DNA of 58,339 nucleotides from an uncultured Burkholderiaceae bacterium. Its GTDB lineage: Bacteria > Pseudomonadota > Gammaproteobacteria > Burkholderiales > Burkholderiaceae_E. This document shows, piece by piece, positions 52,552 through 58,339 of the stretch; within the stretch, counting starts at the first letter, position 1, and each line of letters opens with the position of its first letter. The stretch covers positions 1 through 58,339 of the forward strand of contig CAXBNM010000001.1 in the NCBI GenBank assembly GCA_963976885.1. Direction: 5' to 3'. Both the position numbers and the translations under genes were made by a program. A model generated the notes under the pieces. That model was not told the DNA's origin. It made no database searches and saw nothing but the letters and a program-made list of their open reading frames with translations.

Positions 52552-53490
52552 ATGCAGGCACGACACCTGGCTGAGGCGCTGATGAAGCAGCAACAAAATT
52601 CCGTCACCGGACTGCCCGCGAGCACCGATTCGGCCGGCGCTGACCAGTCTCGGTCGGCTCCGGTGCGGCCGTTCTGGCAAGCGCTCGTGACCCATGTGGC
52701 CGAGCAGGCTCGCACGCTGCCGGTGCCCGCTATCAGACATCTCGAACTGCCGCCGGCCAGTCCAACCGGTACGGGGCGCAATAATTTTGCGGCGCTGGTG
52801 CTTGCCGATGGCACCGTCGGCCTGACTTATGTGGCGCTCGACGATGCGCTGGCCGGGCTGCGGGCACAGGCTCCAGCCGGCGGACCGGCGCTGACCGGGC
52901 AAAGCCCGCTGGCCTTGCTGGCTCATTATGAAGCGTCGACGGGTTGGCAGCGCTCGCTTGGCATGGCGGCAATCAATGCGATCAGTCAGTACGTTCTGGC
53001 CGCCGGTGCTCCGCTTGAGCCGATGCCCGATACGCTGGCGATGCTCGCGGTCAAGCCCGGCGAGCACATCGGCATGGTGGGTTTTTTCGGCCGTCTGGTC
53101 CGGCCGATTCTGGCCGCTGGTGCCCGTCTGACGGTCATCGAACTGGATCCGTCACTGACCCGCGAGGAACCCGGCCTGAGCGTGACGCTGGATCATCGGC
53201 AGTTGCGCACTTGTACGAGCGTCATCGTGACCGGCACGACGTTGCTCAATGCCAGTCTCGATACCGTGCTCGGTCATTGCGCGCCCGGTGCTCAGGTCAA
53301 TCTGCTGGGGCCGTCGGCCAGTTGCCTGGCCGAGCCGCTGTTTGCGCGCGGCGTGACTCGGGTGGGTGGTTTTCAGGTGCGCGATACCGAGGCCTTTCTG
53401 GCGCTTTGGCGCGGCGGTCAGCGCTGGCGGGACGCCGGCCTGCGCTATCAGCTTATTGCCCCTGCGGGCGTCGCGGCCGGCGCGGCCTAG
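52552..53490 (+). CDS. DUF364/DUF4213-like Rossmann-fold protein (putative metal-chelation family)
   Basis: ATG at 52552. LGMAAINAISQY...GMVGFFGRLV...VIELD...VIVTGTTLLN fits my recollection of the DUF364 family. The assignment is tentative. Confidence 0.55.
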   Translation: MQARHLAEALMKQQQNSVTGLPASTDSAGADQSRSAPVRPFWQALVTHVAEQARTLPVPAIRHLELPPASPTGTGRNNFAALVLADGTVGLTYVALDDALAGLRAQAPAGGPALTGQSPLALLAHYEASTGWQRSLGMAAINAISQYVLAAGAPLEPMPDTLAMLAVKPGEHIGMVGFFGRLVRPILAAGARLTVIELDPSLTREEPGLSVTLDHRQLRTCTSVIVTGTTLLNASLDTVLGHCAPGAQVNLLGPSASCLAEPLFARGVTRVGGFQVRDTEAFLALWRGGQRWRDAGLRYQLIAPAGVAAGAA

Positions 53491-54127
53491 CTGGCTTGCG
53501 CCGAACCCGGACCGAGCTGCGAGGCCGCGCGCGCCAGTTCGGTAATTTGAGCCCAGTCGCCGCGGGCGATCGCATCGGCCGGCACCAGCCAGGAGCCGCC
53601 AACGCAACGGACATTGGCCAGCGCCAGATAGTCGTTGGCATTTGACTGACCGATACCACCGGTAGGGCAGAAGGTGACATCGGGAAATGGGCTCGCCAGA
53701 GCCGACAGCAGCGGAATGCCGCCAGCGGCCTGCGCGGGGAAAAATTTCAGAAAATGAAAGCCTTCTTCCGTGGCCTGCATGACCTCGGCGGCGGTTGCGG
53801 CGCCGGGCAGCAACGGCAACGATTCGTTGCGGCAGGCCTGACCCACCAGTGGCGTGAAACCGGGGCTGACCGCAAACGATGCGCCGGCGGCCTTGGCGCG
53901 AGCCGCGTCGTCGGCGGTGCGTATCGTGCCGGCACCGACGATGGCGCGTGGTACGGCCTGGGCTACAGCCTTGATGGCATCAAGCGCCACCGTCGTGCGC
54001 AAGGTGATTTCAAGCACCCGGATACCGCCGGCAATCAGGGCGTGGGCAAGATCGACCGCGCGTTCGGCGTCGTCGATCACGATTACCGGAATGACCGGCC
54101 CCTGATCGGCCAGTTCGGTTGTATTGG

Positions 54128-54140
<13 letters not shown>
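53487..54140 (-). CDS. eda: KDPG / 4-hydroxy-2-oxoglutarate aldolase
   Basis: PVIPVIVIDD...GGIRVLEITLRT...VGAGTI...LKFFPA (Schiff-base Lys context). It overlaps the edd stop. Confidence 0.92.
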
Positions 54141-55897
<1,757 letters not shown>

Positions 55898-56095
55898 GGC
55901 AGAAGAGTGGATTCGGTGCGGAGAATTGGAAACGCCGGCCCGGCTCAACAGCGGCCCGGCCTTGCGCGGAAGTTTCACCCCAGCAAAGCGGCTGAGGCTT
56001 CACAATACTACGTTCAGGTTACGTGCTGTGCACCGCGGTTGTATAAGATCGGCCTGTCGTCTCTTTCCCACTGACCCCTACGAGTCGCCATCATC

Positions 56096-57004
56096 ATGCA
56101 GCCGATTGCGCAGACCTGCGGAGCCCTGACCGAATCGCCGTTCTGGCACCCCGACGAGCAGGCACTTTACTGGTGCGATATTGACGGCCGGCAGATTGGC
56201 CGTCGCACCGAATCGGCGGCCGGCGCTGTGGTGCAACATTGGCCAATGCCTGCCGAACCGGGGTGTATTGCGCCACTGCGTGATGGCGGGCTGATTGTGG
56301 CGATGCGCGACGGCATCTACCGGTTTGACCCCGATGAACCCGGCGCCGTGCCTGAGCGGCTGCTTGCCGCGCCTTACGACACAACGCGCTTCCGGTTCAA
56401 CGACGGGCGTTGCGACGGCGCGGGGCGTTTGCTGGTCGGCACGCTCAATGAGGCCAAGTCGGCCAGCGACGCGCAGCTTTATCAGGTCTGGCGTGAGGGT
56501 CAGGCATGGCATTGCGACGCGGTTGCCGGCGGCGTCATGACCGCCAACGGCCTGGCCCTCAGCCCGGACGGGCAATGCCTGTACTGGGCCGATACGCGCG
56601 CCCATCGCGTCGATTGCTTCGACTACTCGCCGGCGACCGGCAGTCTGGGGCGGCGGCGCGAGTTTGTCGCCTTCAGCCCGCCGGCCGCCAATGCCGCGCC
56701 CGGTGCCTATGGCGGCCGTCCGGACGGCGCGGCGGTCGATGCCGAAGGCTTTTACTGGGTGGCGATGTGGGAGGGGGCGCAATTGCTGCGCATCAGTCCG
56801 GCCGGCGAGATTGTTCAGCGGCTGCCGGTGCCGGTGCAATGCCCGACCATGCCGTGCTTTGGCGGGGCTGACTTGCGCACGCTGTATGTAACCAGCGCCA
56901 GCAAGGGGCGGCCGGCCGCCGAACTGGCCGTCCAGCCCGGTGCCGGGGGGCTGTTCAGTACCCAGGTGGCGGTGCCCGGATTACCGGTCGCGTTCTGCGG
57001 CTGA
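56096..57004 (+). CDS. SMP-30/gluconolactonase/LRE-family lactonase
   Basis: ESPFWHPDEQALYWCDI, FNDGRCD, NGLALSPDG, YGGRPDGAAVDAEG, and PTMPCFGG near the C-terminus. Confidence 0.85.
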   Translation: MQPIAQTCGALTESPFWHPDEQALYWCDIDGRQIGRRTESAAGAVVQHWPMPAEPGCIAPLRDGGLIVAMRDGIYRFDPDEPGAVPERLLAAPYDTTRFRFNDGRCDGAGRLLVGTLNEAKSASDAQLYQVWREGQAWHCDAVAGGVMTANGLALSPDGQCLYWADTRAHRVDCFDYSPATGSLGRRREFVAFSPPAANAAPGAYGGRPDGAAVDAEGFYWVAMWEGAQLLRISPAGEIVQRLPVPVQCPTMPCFGGADLRTLYVTSASKGRPAAELAVQPGAGGLFSTQVAVPGLPVAFCG

Positions 57005-57021
57005 GACGCAGCCCGGCAGGC

Positions 57022-58339
57022 TCAGACTTCTTCGGGCCAGCTCACGCCGGCGCGTGCCGCCAGCGCACTGGAGGCGGCCGGCCCCCAGGTGCCGGCCCGA
57101 TAAGGACGCGGTCCGGCAGTGTCCTTGTCCCAGGCCTCCAGAATCGGCATCACCCATTCCCAGGCCGCGAGCTGCTCGTCCAGGCGTACGAACAAGTCGA
57201 GCCGCCCCGCGATCAGTTTGCGCAGCAGTCGTTCGTAGGCCTCGATGGTTTCGGTGCCGAAGGTTTCGCGAAAATCGAGATCGAGGCGCACCGGCGCGAG
57301 CCGGCCTTGTTCGGCCTTGGCCCGGTTCGAGGCCTTGGCCAGCAGATGCATCTCGATGGAATCTTCGGGCTGCAGTTTGATGACGAGCCGGTTTTGCGGC
57401 GAGGACTCGGCGCCATCAAAAATGGAATGCGGCACCTGGCGAAAATTGATGACGATCTGCGCACCGCGGTCGGCCAGGCGTTTGCCGGTGCGCAGAAAGA
57501 ACGGCACACCGGCCCAGCGCCAGTTGTCGATTTCGGCGCGCAGTGCGATGAAGGTTTCGGTGTGGCTGTCGGCCGGCACACCGTCTTCCTGCTGATAGCC
57601 CTTGACGCTGGTGCCGGCGATGGTGCCGGCCTGGTACTGGCCGCGCACCACGTAGCGGCTCACGTCGCCCGGCCCGTAGGGGCGCAGGCTGCGCAAGACC
57701 TTGAGTTTTTCATTGCGTACATCGTCGGGGTCGCTGGAAATGGGCGGCTCCATCGCGACCATGCACACCAGTTGCAACAAGTGGTTCTGCAGCATGTCGC
57801 GCAACGCACCGCTGCGGTCGTAGTAGCTGCCGCGCTTTTCGACGCCAAGATCTTCGGCCAGCGTGATGTGGACGCTTTCGATGGATTCGCGCCGCCACAA
57901 GGGCTCGAAAAAGCTGTTTCCGAAACGCAGCGCCATCAGATTCTGCACGCTTTGCTTGCCCAGATAGTGGTCAATGCGGAAGATCTGCTGCTCGTCGAAG
58001 TCTTCCAGCACCGAGGCGTTGATTTCGCGGGCCGAATCCAGATCGCGTCCGAGTGGTTTTTCGAGCACCAGCCGGACTCGCGGTTGGTTCAGTCCTGCCT
58101 TGGCGACGCCCTTGGCGATCTGTTTGAACAGACCCGGGGCCGTGGCGAGGTAGATCACCACCGCCTCGGCCTGCGCCTGGCCGATCCAGTCGGCCAGTGA
58201 CTGATAGCCATCGTCTTCGTTCAGATCGGCCGCCCGGTACTCGATCATGCGCGCGAAGTCATTGAACTCGTCATCGCTGAACGGCTCATCCCAGCCCAGT
58301 TGCCGAAAATGTTTGAGCAGCCATTGCCTGTAGTGCTCA
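57022..58339 (-). CDS. zwf: Glucose-6-phosphate dehydrogenase (5' end runs off the window)
   Basis: RIDHYLGKQSVQN, EPLWRR, and EKRGSYYD. The reading frame stays open from 58248 to the window edge (..EHYRQWLLKHFRQLGWDEPFSDDEFNDFARMIEY), so the gene is 5'-truncated. Confidence 0.93.
   Translation of the reverse strand, partial: EHYRQWLLKHFRQLGWDEPFSDDEFNDFARMIEYRAADLNEDDGYQSLADWIGQAQAEAVVIYLATAPGLFKQIAKGVAKAGLNQPRVRLVLEKPLGRDLDSAREINASVLEDFDEQQIFRIDHYLGKQSVQNLMALRFGNSFFEPLWRRESIESVHITLAEDLGVEKRGSYYDRSGALRDMLQNHLLQLVCMVAMEPPISSDPDDVRNEKLKVLRSLRPYGPGDVSRYVVRGQYQAGTIAGTSVKGYQQEDGVPADSHTETFIALRAEIDNWRWAGVPFFLRTGKRLADRGAQIVINFRQVPHSIFDGAESSPQNRLVIKLQPEDSIEMHLLAKASNRAKAEQGRLAPVRLDLDFRETFGTETIEAYERLLRKLIAGRLDLFVRLDEQLAAWEWVMPILEAWDKDTAGPRPYRAGTWGPAASSALAARAGVSWPEEV

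Noticed and set aside
53487-53490. Convergent eda and DUF364 genes share a palindromic CTAG that supplies both stop codons
   Set aside because: The observation is real but trivial. Four-base convergent overlaps are common in compact genomes and imply nothing by themselves.

Overview
This is a 58.3-kb high-GC segment that reads like a beta- or gamma-proteobacterial chromosome (taxonomy is inference). I found no rRNA, tRNA, CRISPR array, transposase or integrase. All domain calls come from motifs read by eye in the supplied translations; no searches were run.

About two thirds of the window is ordinary housekeeping or catabolic content:
- an Entner-Doudoroff cluster (zwf partial, SMP-30 lactonase, edd, eda)
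- long-form leuA with a candidate Leu-leader attenuator
- ubiD and dacB
- a split transketolase
- a GntR / YdiJ-like / class-V aminotransferase module
- a beta-oxidation-like block (two acyl-CoA dehydrogenase subunits, two crotonases, a GST and an SDR)
- a molybdopterin oxidoreductase

The unusual part is a roughly 22-kb run of eight minus-strand genes (4287-26231). The first seven are joined by start/stop overlaps or gaps of 13 nt or less. In transcription order they encode:
1. a GAF-domain membrane-fusion protein (MFP)
2. a PqqD/RRE-like + M50 metalloprotease + HlyD-like fusion
3. a C-terminally truncated SecA-like ATPase
4. a periplasmic MFP
5. a roughly 2600-aa DUF4347/cadherin-repeat giant surface protein with no RTX or T1SS-type C-terminus
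6. a hybrid histidine kinase with REC and Hpt domains
7. a REC-GGDEF-EAL protein
8. after a 104-nt gap, a signal-peptide WD40 + caspase-fold (C14) protease

No ABC transporter or TolC-like gene lies in the window. I propose that genes 1-4 form an uncharacterised export and processing apparatus for the giant adhesin. I also propose that genes 6-8 supply c-di-GMP and protease control analogous in logic to the Lap system. Both proposals are inference.
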